A DNA stretch of 64,000 bases from contig OZ242180.1 of assembly GCA_965205485.1 (NCBI GenBank), forward strand, positions 3,136,001 through 3,200,000, read 5' to 3'. Below are positions 46,343-54,604 of this stretch, one piece after another. Source of the stretch: Candidatus Latescibacterota bacterium. GTDB lineage: Bacteria; Latescibacterota; UBA2968; GCA-2709665. Position 1 is the stretch's first letter, and each line of letters opens with the position of its first letter. Position numbers and translations under genes: made by a program. The notes beneath the pieces were generated by a model that saw nothing but the letters and a program-made list of their open reading frames with translations, was not told the DNA's origin and ran no database searches.

Positions 46343-48307
46343 ATGGCGAATCGCAATTCCCCGATACGCAAGAAGCCCGAGGTAAGGTCCTTACGTGAGG
46401 ATGTAAAGTACACATGGGCGTGGCCCGTTCTGGTGGGCGTCGCGGCGTTTGTGGTATACGTCAACGCGCTGGCCAACGGGCTGGTTTACGACGACCAGTT
46501 TCTGATCGTACGAAGCTGGATCGTGGAGCGGCTGGATTTCAAAATCGTTTTCACCACCCACTACTGGGCGGGCTATCCCGGTAACGAAACCGGGCAATAC
46601 CGTCCCCTGACGGTGCTGACGTTTCTGCTGGACGCCCTTGGAGGCATTAGCCCGTTTCGGTTTCATCTGACCAACGTGCTTCTTCACGTAAGTTGCAGCC
46701 TGCTGGCGTGGCTGCTGTGCAGGCGCGCGGGCCTGAGCGGTTTCGCAGCGGGCTTTGCGGGCCTGTTGTTTGCCGCACATCCGATTCATGCGGAAGTTGC
46801 TGCAGGTGTAACCTTTGGCCGGTCCGACCTGCTCGCCGGCGGCTTTCTCCTTGCGGGAATGTTGTTATATATGCAGAGTTCGGGTTCCCGCACGGCCTAT
46901 CTGATGGCGCTCGTTGCATTCTTCTGTGGATTGCTCAGCAAGGAGAGTGCGCTCGCGTTGTTGGGTCTGGTGGTCGTTTATGACCTTATGGTTGGGATGG
47001 AGGGCGTGAAGGGCGAGAATGCATCGGACGGCGATGGTGCAAGGAGAGGTCTGGCGCCGGCGGGTCTGGCCGGGTCGGCGGGGGAACCGGGAAAGAAGAG
47101 AGTGTTCAACCGCATTCTGGATGTCTGCCGGGCAAGATGGCCGTGGTGGCTGGGCTTCGCGTGCGTTTTCGCGCTCTGTCTGGTCGTGCGAGACGCCGCG
47201 GCAGGACTGGGCTTCGCACCCGGTGGGATGACGGAACTGGTGAATCCACTCTATGGCACTTCGCTTGAAACGCGCATCCTCACAGCCGGGAGAATCTTCT
47301 GGCACTACATTTCGCTCCTGGTCTTACCGTGGCGGCTTTCCGTGGATTACTCGTACAATGCAATTCCGGTTGCCGCTTCGCTGCTGGAACCGGGCGTGAT
47401 CGCGGGCCTGGCGCTGGCGCTTGGGGGACTGGGTTTGTGGGCGCGATCGCTGATCAGATGGCCACGTCTGTTTTTCTGTGGAGCGCTTTTTTGGGTGCCC
47501 TATTTCGGGGTGTCGCAGACTGTGGTGTTGCTGAATTCAATGGTCCAGGAGCGGTTTCTGTACATCCCTGCACTCGGTGCGTTCGCTCTTGCGGGGATTG
47601 GCGCAGAGCGGTTGTTCAGGAGATTCGGACTCGCCGTTGTTGTCGCGATGGGTCTTGTGTGCCTGGGTTACGCCGCGCGCACCGTTGTGCGAAACAATGA
47701 CTGGAGAGATGATTTCAGCTTGTTTTCGAGTGCTGCCAGCGCATATCCTCAAAGTGCGAAGATGCACCATGCAGTCGGGCAGGTGCATGCCGAGCGGGGA
47801 CGGATGGACGAGGCAATTCTTGCTTTTCGACGGGCGCTGTCCATCCGGGAAGAAGCCATGACCTATAACAATATGGGCAATGCGTACGGCGTGAAGGGGA
47901 CTTTTGAACAGGCGCTCGCGGCATATCGAAAAGCCGTGGATCTGAATCCGCAATACGCGGAAGCGTGGAAGAATCTGGGCGTGACTGCCATGCGGGCCGG
48001 CGAACCGGCGGTAGCGGCCGAAGGATTCAGGCAGGCAGCGATTCTGCTGCCGAAGGATAGGGAAGCCCGTTTCAATCTCGGCGTTGCTTTGGAGAAGTCG
48101 GGCATGCAGGATGAGGCGGCACAGGCTTATCGAAGGTCCGCGGCGTTGGGAGACACAAGAGCGCTATTCAACCTGGGTACGGTGCTTCAAACTCAGGGCA
48201 AGTCAGGGGATGCGGTCACGGCCTACGAAGCATTTCTGAAGCAATGGCGCGGCGATCCGAAGGTTTCTTCCGAAGCCCGTCGCCGCATTCGGTTGCTGAC
48301 GGAATAA
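46343..48307 (+). CDS. TMTC-like (DUF1736) GT-C glycosyltransferase with C-terminal TPRs
   Basis: LVYDDQFLI, YRPLT, FHLTNVLLH, LFAAHPIHAE, GRSDLL, LLSKE, LSVDYS, ERFLYIP, RNNDWRD, then about 6 TPRs. Confidence 0.88.
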   Translation: MANRNSPIRKKPEVRSLREDVKYTWAWPVLVGVAAFVVYVNALANGLVYDDQFLIVRSWIVERLDFKIVFTTHYWAGYPGNETGQYRPLTVLTFLLDALGGISPFRFHLTNVLLHVSCSLLAWLLCRRAGLSGFAAGFAGLLFAAHPIHAEVAAGVTFGRSDLLAGGFLLAGMLLYMQSSGSRTAYLMALVAFFCGLLSKESALALLGLVVVYDLMVGMEGVKGENASDGDGARRGLAPAGLAGSAGEPGKKRVFNRILDVCRARWPWWLGFACVFALCLVVRDAAAGLGFAPGGMTELVNPLYGTSLETRILTAGRIFWHYISLLVLPWRLSVDYSYNAIPVAASLLEPGVIAGLALALGGLGLWARSLIRWPRLFFCGALFWVPYFGVSQTVVLLNSMVQERFLYIPALGAFALAGIGAERLFRRFGLAVVVAMGLVCLGYAARTVVRNNDWRDDFSLFSSAASAYPQSAKMHHAVGQVHAERGRMDEAILAFRRALSIREEAMTYNNMGNAYGVKGTFEQALAAYRKAVDLNPQYAEAWKNLGVTAMRAGEPAVAAEGFRQAAILLPKDREARFNLGVALEKSGMQDEAAQAYRRSAALGDTRALFNLGTVLQTQGKSGDAVTAYEAFLKQWRGDPKVSSEARRRIRLLTE

Positions 48308-48545
48308 AGGCGAATCACCGCATCAGGAACAGAATCAGCTTTGATTTTTGGTCCATATTCCTTATTCTATAGTGATATCCATTCACACCTGTCCAGAACC
48401 GGTTACCGGCCTGGACAGTATTGATTGCAGTGTATTTTGAAGTTATTGGCCGGATTTCGCGGTAGTCTTTATTTGTCTTTCTGTGCCTTTTGTGGCGATT
48501 GATCTCAAGCAGCCCAACCCCTATAACATCGGGGAGGAGCCGGTC

Positions 48546-51500
48546 GTGTCAGGCTCAGGAAAAACCGACTTCGGTCCAATTGCATTGCGTCTATTCACCG
48601 CCTGCTGGTTTACGGCCGGAATCGCGTTGCCGGTTCATGCGGAGTCCTCTAACCGGCGGGTCTGGACGGCTTCCTATGAAAACGGGCAGGCGGCACTGAC
48701 CGAAGTCTGGTCATCGGATGCGGCCGGAAAACAACGCAAACTGGGTGCCTTTCCGGGCCCGCCAGGACAATTGGGCTGGACCGCGGATGGCCGGCGGCTG
48801 TTCTACAGAGATCGCCCGTTGCGGGACTATCGTCTTTCTGGGCTGGGGCAGGCGGCGGTACCGATGGTGGAAAGCCAGGTATGGGAGGTGATGGTAAACG
48901 GCACGGTCGTCCGGCGTCCGGGAGAAGTCGAACTCGGACACCTCCACGTGGCGTGGGAATCCGCGCAGAACGGGGGGCCCCGAAACGGACCCAACCGCTC
49001 GCTCTCGGGCGTTGAGAAGGCGATGATGACCGTGAAACTGGCCTACGGGTCCCTGCATCAGTGGGATTTTCGTCAGGCGCAGCGTCTCTATCGCGATGCG
49101 GCCCAGCAATTCGAGGCGCTTGGACGGGACCAGCTTCTTTATTCAAAGCCCGCAATGGCGTATGCAAAAATGTTGGCCGTCAGGTCGCGAATGGCGGCGT
49201 CCGAGGGCGCCCGATGGGTTGGCAGGGAGAACCTGTCCGCGATCGGTGAGATGATTCGTGAGTACCGGCGACTCCATAACGGCAATTCGCCTGTCAATCT
49301 GCAGGTCCTGATGGCTTCTGCTCGCGCGGGCGGATTGGATGACGCCGAGGAACGAATCCTCAAACAGGTGTTCAGGTCTCCTGAAGATCGGAAGAAACGC
49401 ACGGTCAGCTATTTCTATAGATCCGTCGCTGCCGACGGTGAGGCCATGGTGATCAGTCCCTATCACCATGGGCGATTGTTGGAACTCGTGCGACAGGGGG
49501 ACGGTTTCGACGTGGTGGACAGGGTCGCCGGAAGAACGCAGGTTGATTCGTTACTGGACGTGGGCAGCCGGGTGCTGGAAACGGCGCCGGCGGCGTCCGT
49601 GCCGGTGTTGCAGGTGGTCACGCTGATGGCGCCGAAGTCAGCGCGGGGGCATTCACGGCTGGGATACGCATATCTGAAATCCAACAATCCTGATGCGGCG
49701 CTGCTTTCCTTCGAACGCGCGGTTCGGCTGGATCACAGGCTGTCCGAAGCCTACAACGGGCTTGGTCTGGTTTACGAAAAACGGCCGAAGGCCCGGTACG
49801 ACGCGATCCGGTTCTATACCAGGGCGCTGCAGTACAACCGTGACTACCTTGAAGCGCGATTCAATATCGCCAGACTTCGCCGCAGCCTTCGGGAGCACGA
49901 CGCGAAATACGACATTGAGAAAGTGATCGACATCGATCCAACGTATGCGCCCGCCTATCTGCTGCTGGGAGAATGGTACGAGGTCCACGAGGAGGACTTC
50001 GAACGGGCCGCGCTCCTCTACGCGCGATATATGACGTTGAAGCCGGACGATCCCGAGGGGCGAAAGCGCCTGGCCGCGGTTTATCTGAGGTCCCGGAATT
50101 ACAATCGGATCGTGGATCTGCTCACGGATTACGTCCGCGAACACCCGGATGAAACCGGCGTTATGGCCGTACTGGCCCAGGCCTGCGTACAGTTGGGAAG
50201 GCTTGAGTGGGCGGACCGGTATTTCAGTGAGTACCTGCAGGCGGCCACTCCATACGAGCAGGCGTTGTACCGCGATCCGATCCTGCTGATGTCCGGTGAG
50301 GAACGCGAGGCGTACGAACAGGCCCAGAGATCGGACCGCGTCGAGCTGGTGAAACGGTTCTGGACTGCGCACGATCCGGATCTGACCACGACCATTAACG
50401 AGCGGTTGCTGGAACACTACCGGCGGGTCTGGTATGCGCTTGGCGCATATTCAAGTGGCAAGCAGCCCTGGGACCGGCGGGGCGAGGTATATATCCGCTT
50501 CGGCGAACCTGATTACCGGTCGACCTCCGACATGAAGAACTACAACCAGAGCCTGAAGGTGCAGCGGGTCCGGGAACGCATCGCACGGCAGATGTACGGA
50601 CAGGCTGCCCTGCAAATGACCTTCATGGGCGGGCCCGTGTACGCGGTGCGCAGCCTGAAAGCCAACCTCAGCGGGGGCGCCAATCTGGGCGACGGGTTCG
50701 CCGCCGACCGGCAGGTCGTGGATCTCAGTATCGCGGCACGCAACACCGAAGCGGAACGGGTGATATCCGGCGGCCAGAACCAGCGGACCGGAATCACTTT
50801 TGAATCGGGCATTACGGCGGACAACGAGGTTTCGGATGCTTCCCTGGAATTGCTTCGGTTCGAGAATGTTCAGATGAACGAGGGCGCCCTGGCGGTGGGC
50901 GACACCCGGAACGATTTCGCATTCAAGGCCGTAACCTCGCAGGACGACGCCTCGATGGTGCCCTGGGAAGTCTGGGTCTATACCGATGTGAATGGTGGCA
51001 TCGAAATCACCTTTACAGACGAGCACATGCGCGGCGAGTTCGACTACGCCCCTCCGCCGATGGACGTGCGCATACCCATGCAGCAGCTTGCGCGGTTCAA
51101 CCAATTCAATCCGCGGTCCGTGGCCAAACAGGCGGCCCTGGTGACGCCGGATTACTACAAGCCGCCTGAAAACAAACTGCCGCTGGAGTTCTACTACGAT
51201 CTGGCCAACTTCCGGGAGGACGAACGGGGCGCCGGGTCCGTTCTGGAGGTCTATTTCGGTGCGCCTTACAAACTGGGGACGTATTCGCCTGACGACGACG
51301 AGACCGAGATGTTTCTTGAACGTTCCGTGGCACTCAACAACCCGCGTACCGGTGCGGTCTATCGCAGGCAGGGCAATCTCGTATTCCGTGGAGGCGGCGA
51401 CCTTACAGGAATGCGGGGCGGCTTTGTTCCCGATCTGGTGGGTCTGGACGTCCCCCCGGGCACGTACAGGATGGAGGTGCAGGTCAAGGACAGGTTGTCC

Positions 51501-52004
51501 GGACGGCAGGGTCGGTACCGCCAGGAAGTGGTAATCGACAACTACGACAGGGAATTCCTGCAGTTGAGCGAGTTGCAGTTGGCCTATTCGGTAGCGGAGT
51601 CGGACGAAGGGGGGAAATTCAGGAAGGGCGGTCTCCGCGTTATTCCGATACCGACGCGTACATTCGGCAGGGAGCAGGGCGTATTCGTCTACTACGAGAT
51701 TTACCACCTGAGGAGAGACGAATTCGGGCAGACCCGTTACAAGGTGGGGTATACGATTCGACCCAAGGGCGTCCAGGGGCGGAAGGCCAGGGGGGTCGTC
51801 TCCCAGCTGGTGCGTGTGCTTACCGGCAAGAAGCAGGAACTTGCGGTTGGATACGAGCAGATTGGCAATTCGGAGTCGGAAGAGGTGTACATGGAGCTGG
51901 ATCTGAAATCCACAAAGCCCGGACAGTATATTCTGGAAATCGACGTGACCGATCTGAACAGCGGGTTGACATCCAGCAGAGAGACCGGATTCTACGTTCA
52001 ATGA
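48546..52004 (+). CDS. Exported multidomain TPR + GWxTD-like protein (paralog B)
   Basis: GGAGGAG RBS before GTG; signal peptide VHA-E; TPRs; FWTAHDPD.TT..NERLLEHYRRVWYA...WDRRGEVYIRFGEPD; WEVWVY; Ig-like tail VYYEIYHL...PGQY. Confidence 0.82.
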   Translation: MSGSGKTDFGPIALRLFTACWFTAGIALPVHAESSNRRVWTASYENGQAALTEVWSSDAAGKQRKLGAFPGPPGQLGWTADGRRLFYRDRPLRDYRLSGLGQAAVPMVESQVWEVMVNGTVVRRPGEVELGHLHVAWESAQNGGPRNGPNRSLSGVEKAMMTVKLAYGSLHQWDFRQAQRLYRDAAQQFEALGRDQLLYSKPAMAYAKMLAVRSRMAASEGARWVGRENLSAIGEMIREYRRLHNGNSPVNLQVLMASARAGGLDDAEERILKQVFRSPEDRKKRTVSYFYRSVAADGEAMVISPYHHGRLLELVRQGDGFDVVDRVAGRTQVDSLLDVGSRVLETAPAASVPVLQVVTLMAPKSARGHSRLGYAYLKSNNPDAALLSFERAVRLDHRLSEAYNGLGLVYEKRPKARYDAIRFYTRALQYNRDYLEARFNIARLRRSLREHDAKYDIEKVIDIDPTYAPAYLLLGEWYEVHEEDFERAALLYARYMTLKPDDPEGRKRLAAVYLRSRNYNRIVDLLTDYVREHPDETGVMAVLAQACVQLGRLEWADRYFSEYLQAATPYEQALYRDPILLMSGEEREAYEQAQRSDRVELVKRFWTAHDPDLTTTINERLLEHYRRVWYALGAYSSGKQPWDRRGEVYIRFGEPDYRSTSDMKNYNQSLKVQRVRERIARQMYGQAALQMTFMGGPVYAVRSLKANLSGGANLGDGFAADRQVVDLSIAARNTEAERVISGGQNQRTGITFESGITADNEVSDASLELLRFENVQMNEGALAVGDTRNDFAFKAVTSQDDASMVPWEVWVYTDVNGGIEITFTDEHMRGEFDYAPPPMDVRIPMQQLARFNQFNPRSVAKQAALVTPDYYKPPENKLPLEFYYDLANFREDERGAGSVLEVYFGAPYKLGTYSPDDDETEMFLERSVALNNPRTGAVYRRQGNLVFRGGGDLTGMRGGFVPDLVGLDVPPGTYRMEVQVKDRLSGRQGRYRQEVVIDNYDREFLQLSELQLAYSVAESDEGGKFRKGGLRVIPIPTRTFGREQGVFVYYEIYHLRRDEFGQTRYKVGYTIRPKGVQGRKARGVVSQLVRVLTGKKQELAVGYEQIGNSESEEVYMELDLKSTKPGQYILEIDVTDLNSGLTSSRETGFYVQ

Positions 52005-52063
52005 GTAAGAGCGAGGAGTGAGAGTAAAAGCGAGGAGAGAGAGAAGATCAAAGGCGAAAAGGG

Positions 52064-52163
52064 GGGCGCCCACAAGGGACGCCCCTACAATTTCAATTGA
52101 ACCTCCTATTAAACAGCGAATAGTTCGTCCCTTACCGTGTAAAGGCGTTCCTTGTGGGCGCCC
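52064..52163. repeat. Inverted pair of GTAG-family REPs (REPIN-like)
   Basis: GGGCGCCCACAAGGGACGCCCCTAC, 50-bp spacer, GTAAAGGCGTTCCTTGTGGGCGCCC. Confidence 0.85.
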
Positions 52164-52182
52164 GTCTATAGCGGAGGCATCC

Positions 52183-53523
52183 GTGAACACGCGCGCCGCG
52201 CCTTTTGTTCTTGAGGAAATGGTCGAAAGGTTCGCAGGCTATGACCGGTCGCAAAATCAGGGCGGAGGGCAGGCCGACGAACCGGACTCCGGGAGCCTGG
52301 GATGGGGCGAAAGCGGTTTCCTGGATGCGTACGTGAAGTTGTACGAATCCACCGGAGACGAGGGATGGCTTGAAAAGGTCGTGGACCATTTCGACCGGAT
52401 GATCGCCACAAGTCAGGACCACTTTGCCGACGGGCATGCAACATGGGTCACACCGACCTATTCGGTGGCGCTGGTGAGAACGGGACCGATGCACAACCGG
52501 GGGACGGCGCGGATCACCCCTGATGAGGATCGGGTGTGGGTTATCCGTGGCGGCGACATGGCGAGCGATAGCATTCGCGTCGTGGAGGTCCTCCCCGGAC
52601 GGCGGTACACCGTCCAGGAGTATGGAACACGGAAGGTATTGGCCGGTGGGCGGTTTCGGCCAGGCGCAACGTTGAACGGTTTTGCGCCGTTCAAGATCAG
52701 CATCGGAGGCGCAGCTCGGGCCGGTGACCGGTTCTGGGTGCAGGTTTACGCGGGTGAGCCACTGGAATATATCGTCCACCAGGGGATGTTCCTTCATCCC
52801 GTGAGCCGCTTTGTCGAGCACGTATTGAGGAATGACCGGCTGAAGACCAGATTCGGAACCAGCGCCCGGACGTATCTTCGATTTATCGGAAAGCGGATCG
52901 CCGACAAGCACGAGCGTGACTGGGTGGACGCGTCCCCTTCCTCAGGCGGATATCGGTTTTCTCCGTGGATGACGGAACGGTTTCCGAACCGGATCATGCC
53001 GCACAATCAGTATCTCGCGCTGGGCCGGGCTTACCTGTGTTTACAGAGCGTATCGCGGAAGCGGCTGTTTGCGGACCGGGCGCAGCGGATGGCGAAGCAT
53101 TTCAAGCGGCACCTGTGGAAAACGGGCCGGGCGTACACCTGGTACTATTGGGACTGGATCGAAGGCGGCGTACACGGGCACAGCGCCATTGAAGATACCA
53201 GCCACGGGCGAATCGATATCGGATTTGCAGTCGATGCCTGCCGGAGCGGCGTCGTATTCAACAACGCCGATATGAAGCGGTTTGCGCATACCCTGCTGGA
53301 CCAGATGTGGAACGGGTCGGTGGATGATCCCGTGATTGCCGGACGCGTGGACCGGAACGAAGGGGATAGTACACCGTGCGCGGACTGGATCGATCTGTGC
53401 CAGTGGAATCCGCAGGTCTGGGACGTCATGTGGGCCGTTTTCTGTAAAGCCGGACAACCCGTACAGATGATCCCGTCCATTCTTCAGGGCTGGAGGAGGC
53501 TGGCGGAAGGCGGTAAGAGGTAA
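52183..53523 (+). CDS. Hypothetical protein, probable (alpha/alpha)6 barrel with inserted beta domain
   Basis: GGAGG RBS; LGWGES..LDAY..LYESTGD..WL, PHNQ, YTWYYW, EDTSHG; no signal peptide. Confidence 0.5.
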   Translation: MNTRAAPFVLEEMVERFAGYDRSQNQGGGQADEPDSGSLGWGESGFLDAYVKLYESTGDEGWLEKVVDHFDRMIATSQDHFADGHATWVTPTYSVALVRTGPMHNRGTARITPDEDRVWVIRGGDMASDSIRVVEVLPGRRYTVQEYGTRKVLAGGRFRPGATLNGFAPFKISIGGAARAGDRFWVQVYAGEPLEYIVHQGMFLHPVSRFVEHVLRNDRLKTRFGTSARTYLRFIGKRIADKHERDWVDASPSSGGYRFSPWMTERFPNRIMPHNQYLALGRAYLCLQSVSRKRLFADRAQRMAKHFKRHLWKTGRAYTWYYWDWIEGGVHGHSAIEDTSHGRIDIGFAVDACRSGVVFNNADMKRFAHTLLDQMWNGSVDDPVIAGRVDRNEGDSTPCADWIDLCQWNPQVWDVMWAVFCKAGQPVQMIPSILQGWRRLAEGGKR

Positions 53524-53829
53524 GACGTTAGCCTCAATCCGAAAAAACAGCAACGCGGCGACGCGATAAAACCCTCCGAAACGGGGTGTTATCGACGTAT
53601 AGAAGGTCGTTTTTTCCCTTCACGTCCAGTGAACTGGTGTATCCTGGTAATCCGCCATCTAATCGCCTTTATTTACAAGCACATATACGAATTAACGTCC
53701 CCGAAGACTTACGAATCAAGGTTAGACGGGAGAAGGATCTGATGGCCCCGCAAAAGCAGGTCCGCGTGCCCATGCGGTTCTGCGCTGTCCGATCAAGCGC
53801 CTCTACCTTGCAATCATTCCCCAGCCGTT

Positions 53830-53854
53830 GTAGGGGCGCCCCTTGTGGGTGCCC
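53830..53854 (+). repeat. GTAG-family REP
   Basis: GTAGGGGCGCCCCTTGTGGGTGCCC. Confidence 0.8.
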
Positions 53855-53894
53855 GCCTTTCCGTCGCAATCATATCGAAGAAAGGAGATGTATA

Positions 53895-54533
53895 ATGGCG
53901 AAAGTGTTACCGATTTTTATCGCGGCACAGTTACTGGCCGGCGGATGGGCGGGCAGCGCCAGCGCGCAGCAGAAGCCGATCTATTTTGTCACGGCGGGAA
54001 TCGCCGCGCCCGCGTCCATTTCCGTATCCGAATTCTGGTTTCCCGGTATCGGCGCAGGCGCCGGCATCGAGTATTTCATTCACCCCAGCGTGGCCGTCCA
54101 GGGCAGGTTGGGTTATGCCCGTTTTGCACTGGATGAGGGCAAATTCAAGGCGGAAAACGAAGCGCTCGAAGTGTTAATCGCCACATCCGGTGGAGAAAAA
54201 CACCTCTTCAGCGCATTCGCCAGTTTGAAATATACGAAGACAATCGATTCGGACGACGTGGATGTACGGGCGGTACCGTATGCCGTTGGCGGGATCGGCA
54301 TCCTGTCGTATTCGGAAACGGATATACACGGAACGGAGATTGGCGGCGTAGAGATACAAGTGCCGGGGCAATCCGGGACAGGGTTTGCGATAAACGCGGG
54401 CGCGGGGATCGACATCCTGCTGACCGATCGCGTACATCTCTTTGTCGAAGGTCGGTTTGAAATTGGATTCACGTCGGGAGAGCGGGGCAGCACCCAACTC
54501 TTCCCCGCTCGCGTCGGAATTTCCTTTGAATGA
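53895..54533 (+). CDS. Outer-membrane beta-barrel protein (8-stranded type)
   Basis: AAGGAG RBS, signal peptide ASA-Q, PYAVGGIG, INAGAGID, LFVEGRF, terminal GISFE. Confidence 0.8.
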   Translation: MAKVLPIFIAAQLLAGGWAGSASAQQKPIYFVTAGIAAPASISVSEFWFPGIGAGAGIEYFIHPSVAVQGRLGYARFALDEGKFKAENEALEVLIATSGGEKHLFSAFASLKYTKTIDSDDVDVRAVPYAVGGIGILSYSETDIHGTEIGGVEIQVPGQSGTGFAINAGAGIDILLTDRVHLFVEGRFEIGFTSGERGSTQLFPARVGISFE

Positions 54534-54604
54534 AACTGCGGATGGGTGGCTCGGCATTTCTAATACGGTAATCGCCGGCCCCGACGGACGAACCGAATGC
54601 AAGG

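Noticed and set aside
52005..52060. Purine-rich short repeats here and TCAGCNN heptamers near 57175
   Set aside because: Too short and degenerate to call as features; probably low-complexity repeat remnants.
50451..52190. 579-aa minus-strand ORF
   Set aside because: Antisense to GWxTD paralog B and starts within a REP region.
53560..53600. GAAA-loop hairpin as a c-di-GMP riboswitch
   Set aside because: Lacks the flanking conserved motifs and second stem; likely a simple hairpin or terminator.
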